Assembly (NCBI GenBank): GCA_963778655.1
Contig: CAVZVA010000005.1
Location: forward strand, 288,001 to 352,000
Length of the DNA stretch: 64,000 nt
Reading direction: 5' to 3'
Source: an uncultured delta proteobacterium
GTDB taxonomy: Bacteria > Myxococcota_A > Polyangia > Polyangiales > JAFGIB01
This document shows, one piece after another, positions 47,877 to 60,143 of the stretch. Position numbers and translations under genes: made by a program. A model generated the notes under the pieces. The model was not told where the DNA came from. It did not search any database and saw only the letters and a list, made by a program, of their open reading frames with translations. The first letter of the stretch is position 1; every line of letters starts with the position of its first letter.

Positions 47877-49934
47877 ATGGACGGTCTCAGCGACGACAAT
47901 CCCCTGCTCGATGTCCGCCATCCCATCGCATTCGACCGCATCTCCGCCGCGCACGTAGGCCCCGCGGTCGACGTGCTGCTGCGCGATGCACAGCAGGCGC
48001 TCGACGTGCTGCAGCAGGACGTCTCGGCGCCGAGCTATCGAAACACCCTGCACGCCCTGGAGCAGGTGAGCGAGCGACTGGGCCACGCGATGGGTGTGAT
48101 CGGACACCTCGAATCGGTGGCGAACACGCCGGAGCTGCGCGAGGCCTACAACCTGGCGCAGCCCAAGGTCAGCGCGTTCTATTCCAGCATTCCGCTCGCG
48201 GAAGGCGCGTTCCGCAGGTTGAAGGCGCTGGCGGCCAGCCCGGAGGCGGCGAAGCTCGATCCGACACGGGCGCGTTTCTTGGAGAAGACGCTCGCATCCT
48301 TCGTGCGCGAGGGCGCGGCGCTGGGGGCCGAGGACAAGGCGCGCCTGCAGGCGATCAACGTGGAGCTCTCCGAGCTCACCACGCGCTTCTCGCAGAACGT
48401 GCTCGACGCGACCAACGCCTTCGAGCTGCTGGTGCAGGACCGCGGCCGGCTGTCGGGGCTGCCGGAGCGGGCGGTCGAGGCCGCACGCGAGAGCGCGAGC
48501 GCCCGCGGCCTTGCCGGCTACCGCTTCACCCTGCACGAGCCGAGCCTGGTGGCCGTGCTCACCTATCTCGACGACGCAGCGCTGCGGGAGCAGGTCTACC
48601 GCGCGCACAACACCAGAGCGGCGGGCGGCTCCTTCGACAACAGGGCGTTGATCGAGCGCGTGCTCGAGCTGCGCAAGCAGAAGGCGCAGCTGCTCGGCTA
48701 CCGCGACTTCGTCGATCTGGTCGTCGACGAGCGCATGGCGCACAAAGGCGACCGCGCGCGCGAGTTTCTCGAAGACCTGCAGGCACGCTCCGAGGCCGCG
48801 TTCGCGCGCGAGCGCGCAGAGCTGCTCGCGTTCCGGCGCGAGCTCGAGGGGCCGGACGCACCAGAGCTCGCGGCCTGGGACGTCGCCTATTACGCCGAGA
48901 AGCAGCGCGTCCGGCGCTACGACTTCGATGAGGAGGCGCTGCGGCCCTACTTCCCGCTGCAGCGCGTGCTGTCCGGGATGTTCGAGCTGGTCGGGCGGTT
49001 GTACGGCATCGCGATCGAGCCGGTCGAGGGGCTGCCGGTGTGGCACGAGGCGGTGCGCACCTACCGTGTGACCGACGGCGACGGCTCGCTGCTCGGGGTG
49101 TTCTACGCCGATCTGTATCCGCGCGAGCAGAAGCGCGGCGGCGCGTGGATGAACGCGCTGCTGACGGCAGAGCCCCGGCCCGAGGGTTGGACTCCGCACG
49201 TCGGCCTGATCTGCGCCAACGTGACGCCGCCGATCGGAGACGCGCCGGTGCTGCTCTCGCACCGCGAGGTCGAAACTATCTTCCACGAGACCGGCCACCT
49301 GCTGCACCACATGCTCTCGCGCGTGGAGGTCGTGAGCCTGGCCGGCACCAACGTAGCGTGGGACTTCGTCGAGCTGCCGTCGCAGATCATGCAGAACTTC
49401 TGCTGGGAGCGCGAGTCGCTCGATCTGTTCGCCCGGCACTACCAGAGCGGAGAGCCGATTCCGGAGCCGCTGTACAATGCGATGCGGCGCGCTCGCGCCT
49501 ACCGCGGCGCCTCGGCGATGATGCGACAGCTCGGCTTCGCCGTGCTCGACCTGCGGCTGCACATGCGTTACGACTCGCCGCGCGACGGCGACGTGCTCGG
49601 CTACGCGCGGCGGGTGATGGCGCCTTTCGCGCCGGTGCCGCTGCCCGACGACTACGCGATGCTGGCGGGCTTCGGGCACCTGTTCAGCCACCCGGTCGGC
49701 TATGCGGGCGGCTACTACTCGTACAAGTGGGCCGAGGTGCTGGACGCGGACGCGTTTTCGCGCTTTCGCGAGCACGGCCTGTTCTCGCCCGAGGTGGGCC
49801 GGGAGTTCCGCGAGAAGGTGCTGGCGCGCGGCGACAGCCGCGATCCGATGCAGCTGTTCGAGGACTTCATGGGGCGCAAGCCGGACCTGCACCCGCTGCT
49901 CGAGCGCTCCGGCATCGAAGCGACCAGCGGCTAA
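47877..49934 (+). CDS. prlC: M3A oligopeptidase A
   Basis: [22 protein letters not shown] and GYYSYKWAE motifs. Confidence 0.93.
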   Translation: MDGLSDDNPLLDVRHPIAFDRISAAHVGPAVDVLLRDAQQALDVLQQDVSAPSYRNTLHALEQVSERLGHAMGVIGHLESVANTPELREAYNLAQPKVSAFYSSIPLAEGAFRRLKALAASPEAAKLDPTRARFLEKTLASFVREGAALGAEDKARLQAINVELSELTTRFSQNVLDATNAFELLVQDRGRLSGLPERAVEAARESASARGLAGYRFTLHEPSLVAVLTYLDDAALREQVYRAHNTRAAGGSFDNRALIERVLELRKQKAQLLGYRDFVDLVVDERMAHKGDRAREFLEDLQARSEAAFARERAELLAFRRELEGPDAPELAAWDVAYYAEKQRVRRYDFDEEALRPYFPLQRVLSGMFELVGRLYGIAIEPVEGLPVWHEAVRTYRVTDGDGSLLGVFYADLYPREQKRGGAWMNALLTAEPRPEGWTPHVGLICANVTPPIGDAPVLLSHREVETIFHETGHLLHHMLSRVEVVSLAGTNVAWDFVELPSQIMQNFCWERESLDLFARHYQSGEPIPEPLYNAMRRARAYRGASAMMRQLGFAVLDLRLHMRYDSPRDGDVLGYARRVMAPFAPVPLPDDYAMLAGFGHLFSHPVGYAGGYYSYKWAEVLDADAFSRFREHGLFSPEVGREFREKVLARGDSRDPMQLFEDFMGRKPDLHPLLERSGIEATSG

Positions 49935-49948
49935 GCCTCATCTCGGCT

Positions 49949-50010
49949 CACAGGGAGACGGGAAAGCAGGAAGAGAGCCACTCTCGCTTTCCGTCTTCCT
50001 GCCTTCCTGT
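49949..50010. repeat. REP-like hairpin, copy 2
   Basis: CACAGGGAGACGGGAAAGCAGGAAG...CTTTCCGTCTTCCTGCCTTCCTGT between convergent genes. Confidence 0.65.
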
Positions 50011-50011
50011 T

Positions 50012-51469
50012 TCATGGTCTTGGTTCACTCGGCGCCGGCGTCTGGTCGCCAGCAGGCGCTTCGCTCTCGGGGGCCGCGTCACGCTCGGGATTCTCGTTCA
50101 TGACCGACTGCGAAGGCGGGTGCTTCTGGCGGTGCGCGCAGCGGACCTCCTTGGGACGCCGGTCGCCGCGCGTCCAGCGCGTGTAGTGCAGTCGCTCGAT
50201 GTGGCCGTCATGGTGGCGCACGCCGGGGCGGAACAACGGAGCCGGGTCGCAATTGGTGCCGTCGTGGATCAGCTCGAAGTGCACGTGCGGGCCCTGGCTG
50301 CGACCCGTGCTGCCCACCTCAGCCAGGATCGATCCGCGCTGCACCTTCTCGCCGGCGGCGACGAAGTTGACCGAGTTGTGGGCGTAGAGCGTGACCCAGC
50401 CTCCGGGGTGGATCAGCATGACCATGTTGCCGAAGCCCGAGACCTGGTCGCCCGCGTAACCGACGATACCGGCAGCGGCGGCGCGCACGTTCCAACCGAT
50501 CTTGCCCATGATGTCCATGGCCTTGTGGTAGCCACCCTGACCGGAGCCGTAGCCGCGCACGAACGCGCCGTTGTGCACCGGCCAGCGCAGTGTGCCGGGG
50601 AAGTGGCCGAGCCGATCGGCGGCGCGCACCCAGCGCTGCTCGACGTGGCCGTAGAGCAGCTCGCCCGCCGCTTGGATCGTGCCCAGCCCCAGGCGATGCG
50701 CGACGGCCAGCGCGCGCCGTTCGCGCGCGCTCGAGCGCCGCCTGACGTGGCCGCGCCCGTCGTCCTCGACGCCCGGGATCGTCAGCCGCTTGCCGTCACG
50801 GATCCGCGTCACCTCATCGGCGCTGAGGTTGTTGGCGGCCATGATCTCGGCGACGCTCACGTGGTAGGTGTGGGCCACGTCCCAGACCGTCTCGCCCTTT
50901 TCCAGCTCGTGCACGACGTGGCTGCGGGTCGGCTTGCCGTGCTTGATCTGGCTGGGCTTGACGCCCGGAATGATGATCGCGCGGCCGACGTGCAGGCTAG
51001 GCAGGTCGCCGTCATCGAGCTTGTTGCGCGCCATGAGCGTCTCGATTGGCACGTCGTAGTCCGCAGACAGGCTCCACAGCGTCTCGCCGCGCTGCAGGTA
51101 GTGGTAGGCTGCGTTCTTGAGCTTGGGCAGCTCCTGCGCATGGGCCTTGCTCGCGAGCACGTCGACCTGCTTGGTCGCGCCCGGAATGCGCAGCTTCTTA
51201 CCCTTGCTCAGGCGTTTGGACTCGGCCCGGGTCATGCCGCTGGCGGTCAGGATCTGGTCCACGTGCACGCCGTAGGCGCGGGCGATGTCCCACAGCGTCT
51301 CGCCTTCCTGGACCACGTGCTCGACCGAGGGGCCTGCCGCGGCTGGCGCGGCCGCTGGCGGCGCGTTGGCCGCGGAGCCGCCCGCCTGGGCCGTCGCCGG
51401 CTCGCCGCACCCTACGATCACGCCCAACGCAAACGGCCCGCACAGGCCCAACAACCACCACCGCGTCAT
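50012..51469 (-). CDS. 3xLysM plus M23 peptidase (probable lipoprotein)
   Basis: Three GETL/VW LysM repeats; HKAMD and HVHFE zinc motifs; IVGC lipobox-like sequence. Confidence 0.9.
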   Translation of the reverse strand: MTRWWLLGLCGPFALGVIVGCGEPATAQAGGSAANAPPAAAPAAAGPSVEHVVQEGETLWDIARAYGVHVDQILTASGMTRAESKRLSKGKKLRIPGATKQVDVLASKAHAQELPKLKNAAYHYLQRGETLWSLSADYDVPIETLMARNKLDDGDLPSLHVGRAIIIPGVKPSQIKHGKPTRSHVVHELEKGETVWDVAHTYHVSVAEIMAANNLSADEVTRIRDGKRLTIPGVEDDGRGHVRRRSSARERRALAVAHRLGLGTIQAAGELLYGHVEQRWVRAADRLGHFPGTLRWPVHNGAFVRGYGSGQGGYHKAMDIMGKIGWNVRAAAAGIVGYAGDQVSGFGNMVMLIHPGGWVTLYAHNSVNFVAAGEKVQRGSILAEVGSTGRSQGPHVHFELIHDGTNCDPAPLFRPGVRHHDGHIERLHYTRWTRGDRRPKEVRCAHRQKHPPSQSVMNENPERDAAPESEAPAGDQTPAPSEPRP

Positions 51470-51591
51470 CCAGCTCCCTTCGACTGCTGCTACGGGCCAC
51501 CGGCCTCGGCCGGTTAACTACAACACTGAGCGCGCGGCACAACCTCGGCTTACCGGCGGCGTGCCAGCATGGTCGAGTGGAATCGGGATTG

Positions 51592-51652
51592 AACAGCAAG
51601 GCGGGAAGAACAAAAATGCGTCCGAGCTTCCCGTCTTCCCATCTTCCTGTGA
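51592..51652. repeat. REP-like hairpin, copy 3
   Basis: AACAGCAAGGCGGGAAG...CTTCCCGTCTTCCCATCTTCCTGTG. Confidence 0.65.
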
Positions 51653-51662
51653 GGCTTTCTTC

Positions 51663-52502
51663 GTGGCGAGCGAGCACACGGTAAAGGTGGCGCTCAGCGT
51701 GGCGGGCTCCGACCCCTCGGGGGGGGCCGGGATCGCCGCGGATCTGAAGACCTTTCACCAGCACGGCGTATACGGCTGCGCGGTCGTCAGCCTGTTGACC
51801 GTGCAGAACACGCGTGCCCTGCAGCGGGTGGAGGTCTTGCCCGCCGCGCTGGTGGGCGAGCAGCTCGAGGCCGTGTTGCAGGACATCACGCCGCAGGCGG
51901 CGAAGACCGGCGCGCTCGGCTCGTCCGAGATCGTCGCCGAAGTCGCACGTCGCTTCGGCGCTGCGCGCATTCCGCTGGTGGTCGACCCCGTGCGTGTCGC
52001 CAAGCACGGCGCGGCGCTGCTCGACGCTGCGGCGCGCAGCGCGCTGCTCGAGCGGCTGATCCCGCAAGCGGTGCTGCTGACGGCCAACGCGGACGAGGCC
52101 GCGTGGCTTGCCGAGCGGCCGGTGCGCGACGAGGCGGAGGCGCTCGCCGCGGCCGAACGGCTGTGCGCGCTGGGGGCGCGCGCGGTGCTGGTCAAGGGCG
52201 GGCACCTGCAAGGCGAGCAGGCAGTGGACCTGCTGCTTCACGCAGGCCGCGTGCAGCGCCTGAGCGCGCCGCGGCTGTCCGCGCGCCACACCCACGGCGT
52301 CGGCTGCACGCTCTCGGCGGCGATCACCGCGAACCTCGCGCTCGGCCTGCCGCTGCCGGAGGCCTGCGGCCGGGCCAAGCGCTGGCTCAGCAGCGCGATC
52401 GCCTCGGCGCCGGGGGTCGGCCGGGGCATTGGCGCCGTCGACCACCTGGCGCCGCTGGCCGACGACCAAGAGACAGGAAGACGGGACAGCGGGAGGGACT
52501 GA
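51663..52502 (+). CDS. thiD: Hydroxymethylpyrimidine/phosphomethylpyrimidine kinase
   Basis: AGSDPSGGAGIAADLKTF, TVQNT, VDPV, VKGGH and THGVGCTLS motifs. Confidence 0.95.
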   Translation: MASEHTVKVALSVAGSDPSGGAGIAADLKTFHQHGVYGCAVVSLLTVQNTRALQRVEVLPAALVGEQLEAVLQDITPQAAKTGALGSSEIVAEVARRFGAARIPLVVDPVRVAKHGAALLDAAARSALLERLIPQAVLLTANADEAAWLAERPVRDEAEALAAAERLCALGARAVLVKGGHLQGEQAVDLLLHAGRVQRLSAPRLSARHTHGVGCTLSAAITANLALGLPLPEACGRAKRWLSSAIASAPGVGRGIGAVDHLAPLADDQETGRRDSGRD

Positions 52503-52542
52503 GGACCTTCCCACTGTCCCTGCGCGCTTCCCGCTTTCCTGC
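52473..52542. repeat. REP-like hairpin, copy 4 (overlaps the thiD 3' end)
   Basis: ACAGGAAGACGGGACAGCGGGAG...CTTCCCGCTTTCCTGC. Confidence 0.6.
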
Positions 52543-52676
52543 AATTCGGAAACAGCCGCTTCCGCGTGGTGGCGAGGCCCCGGGATCAGCAGTGATTTCT
52601 TGCCTGCCGCCGTGCCTTGCTGCTAGCAAGTGGGGGCGGGCAGACTGAACTTAATAGCAGGCCCGCACCCACCCCA

Positions 52677-55049
52677 GTGCCCAAGCGATCGAGAAGCCAG
52701 CTGAAACTGTTCGAAGGCGGGCAGGGCGGTCCTCCCGCGCCGATCGAGGACGCCTCGCTGTCGGAGGAGGCGCAGCGCCGCTACCTGCACTACGCCCTGA
52801 GCGTGATCACCGCGCGCGCGTTGCCCGACGTGCGCGACGGGCTCAAGCCGGTGCAGCGCCGGATCCTGTTCACGATGGAGCACGACCTGCACCTGCGCAG
52901 CGACGCCAAGTATCGCAAGTGCGCGGCGATCGTCGGCGACGTGATGGGCAAGTACCATCCCCACGGCGATACCGCGATCTACGACGCGCTGGCGCGCATG
53001 GCGCAGGACTTCACGCTGCGCGCGCCGCTGGTCGACGGCCGCGGCAACTTCGGCTCGCCCGACGGCGATGCGCCGGCGGCGATGCGCTACACCGAGGCGC
53101 GCCTGACCAAGCTCGCGGACGAGCTGCTCGCCGAGCTCGGGCAGCAGACGGTGCGCTACCGGTCGAGCTACGACGGCACGCGCTTCGAGCCGATCGTGCT
53201 GCCGGCGCGCTTTCCCAACCTGCTGGTCAACGGCGTGCAGGGCATCGCCGTGGGCATGGCGACCTCGATCCCGCCGCACAACCTAGGCGAGGTGCTGGAC
53301 GCGTGCGTGGCGATGATCGACCAGCCGGAGATCACTGTCAGCGGTCTGCTCAAGCAGCTCAAAGGCCCGGACTTTCCCACCGGCGGGCAGCTGCTCTCGA
53401 GCAAGAAGGAGCTCGCACAGATCTACGAGCAGGGCCAGGGCTCGCTCAAGCTGCGCGGAGAGTGGCGCGGCGAGGAACAGAAGCGCGGCGGCCTGCTGCT
53501 GGTGATTCACTCCATCCCGTACGCGATCAAGCGCGCGACGCTGGTCGAGAAGATCGCCGAGGTGATCATCGCCAGGAAGCTGCCGGCGCTGCTCGACGTG
53601 CGCGACGAGAGCACCGACGAGACGCGGATCGTGCTCGAGATCAAAAAGGACGCAGACCCGCAGCTGGTGATGGCCTATCTGTACAAGCACACCCCGCTCG
53701 CGGCCAACGTCGCGGTCGACATGACCTGCCTGGTGCCGACCGACAACCCGGACTTGGCCGGGCCAGCGCGGCTCGACCTGCGCCAGGTGCTCCGCCACTT
53801 CCTCGACTTTCGCATGGAGGTGGTGCGCAAGCGCCTCGAGCACCAGCTGCAGGAGCTGCGCAAGCGCATCCACGTGCTCGAGGGCTTCGCGACCGTCTTC
53901 GACGCGCTCGACGAGACCATCCGGATCATCCGCGCCTCGGACGGCAAGCAGGACGCCGCCGAGAAGCTGACGCGCCGCTTCGGCATCGACGAGCTGCAAG
54001 TCGACGCGATCCTGGAGCTGCGCCTGTACAAGCTGGCCAAGCTCGAGATCCTGCTGATCCGCGAGGAGCTGGATGCCAAGCGCAAGGAGCAGAGGCGCGT
54101 CGAGCAGTTGCTCGGCAGCGAGAGCGCGCGCTGGAAGCTGATCCGCGCGGAGTTGCTCGAGCTCAAGGAGCGCTATCAGAATCCACGCCGCACCCGCATC
54201 GTGGCCTCGGTGGAGGAGCCGGTCTACGACGAGGAGGCCTTCATCCTGGAGGAAGACGCGGTGGTGCTGCTGAGCGTCCAGGGATGGGTCAAGCGCCAGC
54301 GCGAGATGAAGGACGCAGCGCAGACCCGCCTGCGCGAGGGCGATCAGGCGCTCGACGTGGTGGCGGGCTCGACCAAGTCGACGGTGGCGTTCTTCTCCAA
54401 CCGCGGGACCTGCTACGTGTGCCGGATCAACGACATTCCCGCCAGCACCGGGCACGGCTCGCCGGTGCAGAAGCTGTTCAAGCTTGCCGACGGCGAGCGC
54501 ATCGTGCGCATGCTCGGCTTCGATCCGCGCGTGCTCCCGGTGCCGCCCCAGGACGAGGGTGTGGAGGAGCCGCAGCCGCCTTACGTGGTCGCGGTTTCGG
54601 CCTCGGGCTCGTGCATGCGCTGCTCGCTGCGAGCGCATCGCGAGCCGAGCACGCGCTCGGGCCGCCGCTTCATGCGCGTCGGCGGTGACGACGAGGTGAT
54701 CTACGTCGGGCCCTACGCCGACGACGCGAAGCTCGCCTGCGCCAGCCGCAACGGGCGCGCCCTGATCTGCGAGGCGAGCGAGGTCGCGCTGCTCTCCGGC
54801 CCCGGCAAGGGCGTGCGCCTGATCAAGCTCGAGCAGGGCGACCAGGTGCTCGGTGCGCGGCTGCTGTACCGGCCTTCCGACATGCTGGTGGTGGAGCGGG
54901 AGTCGGGCGCGACCTACAACGTTGGTCTGCGCAGCTACAGCGTGGTCGGGCGCGGCGGCAAGGGCTACGCGATGTTCAAGCGAGGCTCGCTCGCGCGCGT
55001 GGTGATGGAGACACCGAGCGTGCCTTCACTCGAAGGAACGCAATCATGA
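52677..55049 (+). CDS. parC: Type IIA topoisomerase subunit A, topo IV-like
   Basis: [29 protein letters not shown] (catalytic Tyr); beta-pinwheel C-terminal domain without a canonical GyrA-box at blade 1. Confidence 0.85.
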   Translation: MPKRSRSQLKLFEGGQGGPPAPIEDASLSEEAQRRYLHYALSVITARALPDVRDGLKPVQRRILFTMEHDLHLRSDAKYRKCAAIVGDVMGKYHPHGDTAIYDALARMAQDFTLRAPLVDGRGNFGSPDGDAPAAMRYTEARLTKLADELLAELGQQTVRYRSSYDGTRFEPIVLPARFPNLLVNGVQGIAVGMATSIPPHNLGEVLDACVAMIDQPEITVSGLLKQLKGPDFPTGGQLLSSKKELAQIYEQGQGSLKLRGEWRGEEQKRGGLLLVIHSIPYAIKRATLVEKIAEVIIARKLPALLDVRDESTDETRIVLEIKKDADPQLVMAYLYKHTPLAANVAVDMTCLVPTDNPDLAGPARLDLRQVLRHFLDFRMEVVRKRLEHQLQELRKRIHVLEGFATVFDALDETIRIIRASDGKQDAAEKLTRRFGIDELQVDAILELRLYKLAKLEILLIREELDAKRKEQRRVEQLLGSESARWKLIRAELLELKERYQNPRRTRIVASVEEPVYDEEAFILEEDAVVLLSVQGWVKRQREMKDAAQTRLREGDQALDVVAGSTKSTVAFFSNRGTCYVCRINDIPASTGHGSPVQKLFKLADGERIVRMLGFDPRVLPVPPQDEGVEEPQPPYVVAVSASGSCMRCSLRAHREPSTRSGRRFMRVGGDDEVIYVGPYADDAKLACASRNGRALICEASEVALLSGPGKGVRLIKLEQGDQVLGARLLYRPSDMLVVERESGATYNVGLRSYSVVGRGGKGYAMFKRGSLARVVMETPSVPSLEGTQS

Positions 55050-55195
55050 GAGCACCCCCGCCAGCACCAGATGTGCAGGCCCTTCACACGACGCCGGAGG
55101 ATTACGGGCGGGGGTGGGCGGGTGGACTGTATCCGCAGCGTAGGGGGTGGACCGCACGCAGCGCGAGACGGGGACCCACTAGCGAGGACCGATGA
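55046..55195 (+). repeat. MIRU-like intergenic insert with ATGAG duplication and a 49-aa bridging ORF
   Basis: ATGAG at 55046 and 55192. The ORF starts in the parC stop and ends in the parE start. 10-bp stem CACCCCCGCC/GGCGGGGGTG. Confidence 0.6.
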
Positions 55196-57102
55196 GCGGC
55201 TATACCGCCAAGGACATCGAGGTGCTCGAGGGCCTCGAGCCCGTGCGCAAGCGCCCGGCCATGTACATCGGCGGCGTGGACGCCCGCGGCTACCACCACC
55301 TGCTGTGGGAGATCGTGGACAACTGCGTCGACGAGGCGATCAACGGGCACGCCAAGCGCATCGAGGTGGTGCTGGACGCAGATCTGCACGGGGCCAGCGT
55401 GACCGACGACGGACGCGGAATCCCGGTCGACGTGCACCCGAAGTTCAAACGCCCCGCGCTCGAGCTGATCCTGTGCACGCTGCACGCCGGCGGTAAGTTC
55501 GACGGCGGCAGCTACAAGGTGTCGGGCGGGTTGCACGGCGTGGGCTCCTCGGTGGTGAACGCGCTGTCCTCCGAGCTCACCGCAAGGGTGCGGCGCGAAG
55601 GCTTCGAGTACCAGCAGAGCTACGCGCGCGGGGTGCCGCGCGAGCGACTCAAGAAGCTCGGCGCGACGCGCTCGCACGGCACCAGCATCCACTTCCGGCC
55701 CGACGCCCAGGTCTTCGGCAAACAGCGTTTCGACCTGGAGTTGGTGCGCGAGCGGCTCGAGGCGGTGAGCTACCTGCACCGCGGCTTACGCATCGTGCTC
55801 GCGCTGGGCGAGAAGGGCGAGCGCGAGGAGTTTCACCACCCGGGCGGCATCGGCGAGTACCTGTCCAAGTTGGTCGCGGCCAAGGGCAAACGCGCGGTGC
55901 ACCCGCAGTTGTTCACGCTCGAGCGCGAGAGCGACGGCGTGCGGGTCGAGGTCGCGCTGCAGTGGACCGAAGCGACCGACGAGCTGATCCGCTCGTATGC
56001 GAACGGCATTCCCACCGGCTCGGGCGGCACCCATGAGCTCGGGTTCAAGCAAGCCCTGAACAAGGCGATCCGCGGCTACATGGCTGCCAAGCAGATCAAC
56101 CCCAAGGGTGTCACCCTGGCGGCCGAGGACGTCCGCGAGGGCCTGTTCGGGATCGTGAGCGCGTTCGTGCCGGATCCGCAGTTCCAAGGGCAGACCAAGG
56201 ATCGCCTCAACAACCCCGAGGTCAGCTCGGTGGTCGAGTCGATCGTGCGCGTGGAGCTGGAGCAGTGGCTGCTCAACAACGCCTCGTCGGCCGACGCGAT
56301 CGTGGCGCGCATCATCACCGCGGCGCGCGCGCGCGAGGCCAGCCGCGCGGCCGGGCAGCAGGTGCTGCGCAAGACCGCGGTCAGCCACCGCCTCAACCTT
56401 CCCGGCAAGCTCGCCGATTGCTCCAGCACCGATCCGGGCGAGTGCGAGCTGTTCCTGGTCGAGGGCGACAGCGCGGGCGGCAACGCCAAGCAAGGGCGCG
56501 ATCGCCGCACCCAGGCCATTCTGCCGCTGCGCGGCAAGGTGCTCAATGCCGAGCGCGCCAGCGTCTCGGCGGTGCTCGAGAACAAGGAGCTGCAGAACAT
56601 CATCTCGGGATTGGGCTGCGGGGTGGGCAAGGCCTTCGACCTGGCCAAGCTGCGCTACGACAAGGTGTTCTTGCTGATGGATGCCGACACCGACGGCAAC
56701 CACATCACGACCCTGCTGCTCACCTTCTTCTATCGACACCTGCCGGAGTTATTGCGCAGCGGGCACATCTACGTGTGCCTGCCGCCGCTCTACCGCATCG
56801 ACGCGGGCAAGCAGACGCACTGGGCGCTCGACGACGCGGAGAAAGACCGGGTGCTGGCGGCGCTGCCCAAGAACGTGAAGCCCGACATCAGCCGCTTCAA
56901 GGGCCTCGGTGAAATGTCGGCGGATGAGCTGAAACAAACCACACTCGATCCGCGCCGGCGCCGGGCGCTGCGCGTCGTGATCGACAACGAGCTCGACGCC
57001 GATCGCGTGGTCAACGAGCTGATGGGCAAGGATCCGGGCGCGCGCTACCAGTTCATCATGGAGTCGGCCGCAAAGGCCGAGGTCGACGAGCTGGACGTGT
57101 AG
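55192..57102 (+). CDS. parE: Type IIA topoisomerase subunit B, topo IV-like
   Basis: [43 protein letters not shown] and RFKGLGEM motifs. Confidence 0.85.
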   Translation: MSGYTAKDIEVLEGLEPVRKRPAMYIGGVDARGYHHLLWEIVDNCVDEAINGHAKRIEVVLDADLHGASVTDDGRGIPVDVHPKFKRPALELILCTLHAGGKFDGGSYKVSGGLHGVGSSVVNALSSELTARVRREGFEYQQSYARGVPRERLKKLGATRSHGTSIHFRPDAQVFGKQRFDLELVRERLEAVSYLHRGLRIVLALGEKGEREEFHHPGGIGEYLSKLVAAKGKRAVHPQLFTLERESDGVRVEVALQWTEATDELIRSYANGIPTGSGGTHELGFKQALNKAIRGYMAAKQINPKGVTLAAEDVREGLFGIVSAFVPDPQFQGQTKDRLNNPEVSSVVESIVRVELEQWLLNNASSADAIVARIITAARAREASRAAGQQVLRKTAVSHRLNLPGKLADCSSTDPGECELFLVEGDSAGGNAKQGRDRRTQAILPLRGKVLNAERASVSAVLENKELQNIISGLGCGVGKAFDLAKLRYDKVFLLMDADTDGNHITTLLLTFFYRHLPELLRSGHIYVCLPPLYRIDAGKQTHWALDDAEKDRVLAALPKNVKPDISRFKGLGEMSADELKQTTLDPRRRRALRVVIDNELDADRVVNELMGKDPGARYQFIMESAAKAEVDELDV

Positions 57103-57247
57103 CGAAAAGGGCGCGGGCGCGCTCGTGTGCGCCAAGCGGGGCGCCGGACATTGCAACGCGCTTGCTGCGCGAGCGCCATCGGTGAAACAATGGTGTGGTG
57201 AGGCCGCGAACGTGTGCGCCACGCACCCGCGCGTCCCGCATCAGCCC

Positions 57248-58731
<1,484 letters not shown>

Positions 58732-58735
<4 letters not shown>

Positions 58736-59997
58736 GCGCGCGGGTCCAGCTGGCTGCGCTCGCCCTGCTCGGCCTGCTTGCTGGCTGTGGCAGCCCGCTG
58801 GTGGGCGCGCAGTGCAAGCCCGGCTTCGTGCTGTGCGACGGCCTGTGTGTGGACCTCGCCCGCGACGCCGAGCACTGCGGCTCCTGCGGCCACAGCTGCG
58901 GCGGCGCCGCCTGCAAGGCGTCCAAGTGCAGCGGCGAGCCGGCAGGCGACGCCGGTCCCGCCGACGGCGGCAAGGACGGCAGCGCCATGCCGATGGGGTC
59001 GGATGCCGGTGCGGACGGCGGCAGCCTCTACCCGCCCAGCGTGGGCAAGGGCGGCTCCGGCACGCCGTTTTTGCCCGACGGTGGGGTCCACTTTCCCGAC
59101 CCGAAGGTGTCGTCGGGCTGCGGGGTCGGCCTGACCTCGTGCTCGGGCGATTGCGTCGACATCGCGAGCGACCCGGCCCACTGCGGTGAGTGCGGCGTGG
59201 GCTGTCCCACGGGCCAGTTCTGCGCTCTCGGAACCTGCACCGACGTGTGCAATCCGCCGCTCAGCTTCTGCTCCGGCCGCTGCTTCGACCTGCAGAACGA
59301 CGAGAACCACTGCGGCGACTGCGGGACGGTGTGCGTGAGCGGGCTCTGCAACGCCGGCCAGTGCGCGGACGCCGTGCCCGGCTCGCTGGTCGTCGTCGGC
59401 CACGATTACGGCGCGGCGGCCAGTGACAGCATGCGGCGAATCGCCTCCAATGCGCTCTTCCTGCAGCACAAGCTGCCGGTGCGCACCCTGGTGTACCGCG
59501 GCAGCGCGGACCCGGCGTCGGTGCGCGGGTTGAAGGCCGCGTTCGACCTGGCCGGCCTGCCGTGGAAGCAGACCGACGCCGATCCCGATCAGGTCAGCGC
59601 CCAGCTGCGCCAGTCGGACGCCTTCGTGATCGAGCCGCAGCCGGGCGCCAGCGACGCGGACCTCACCGCGTTGGGACAGAAGTGGGGGCTCGCGCTCTCG
59701 CAGTTCCTGATCCGCGGCGGCGTGGTGGTGCTGTTCGAGACCGCGAGCGCGAACAACCAGGGCACCTACCAGGTGCTGGAGCCCGCGGGCCTGTTCACGG
59801 CGAGCGCGCGCGAGAAGATCGATCCCCAGCAGGTGACGGTGGTCAGCCCCGCCGACGGCGAGGGCATCGGGATCACCACCAACTACCGGGCGGAGCCGGT
59901 CAGCGTGCACTTCCTGGACGTTCTCAGCCAAGGCACGGTGGTCGTGAAGGACGGCGACGGCGAGGCCGTGGTCTACCACCGCATCATCGTCCCGTAG
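58732..59997 (+). CDS. Cys-rich repeat lipoprotein with a C-terminal alpha/beta domain
   Basis: LAGC lipobox; three CVD..D..HCGxCG..C repeats; ATGA overlap with the OmpA gene. Confidence 0.8.
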
Positions 59998-60143
59998 CCG
60001 CCCGGCCGGGCGTGTTTGCATGCGCTCGCGGTTGTATGGAAATATCACCCGCGCAGGGCTCCGGCCGCAGGTGGTGAATCCACGGCGATCGGCGCCGTCG
60101 TATCCGTTCGGGGGACGGCCTTGCGCCGTGCAGGAGGAACCCG

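Noticed and set aside
51470..51662. TPP riboswitch upstream of thiD
   Set aside because: No CUGAGA...CCCUU/ACCUG core; the structure there is the REP-like hairpin.
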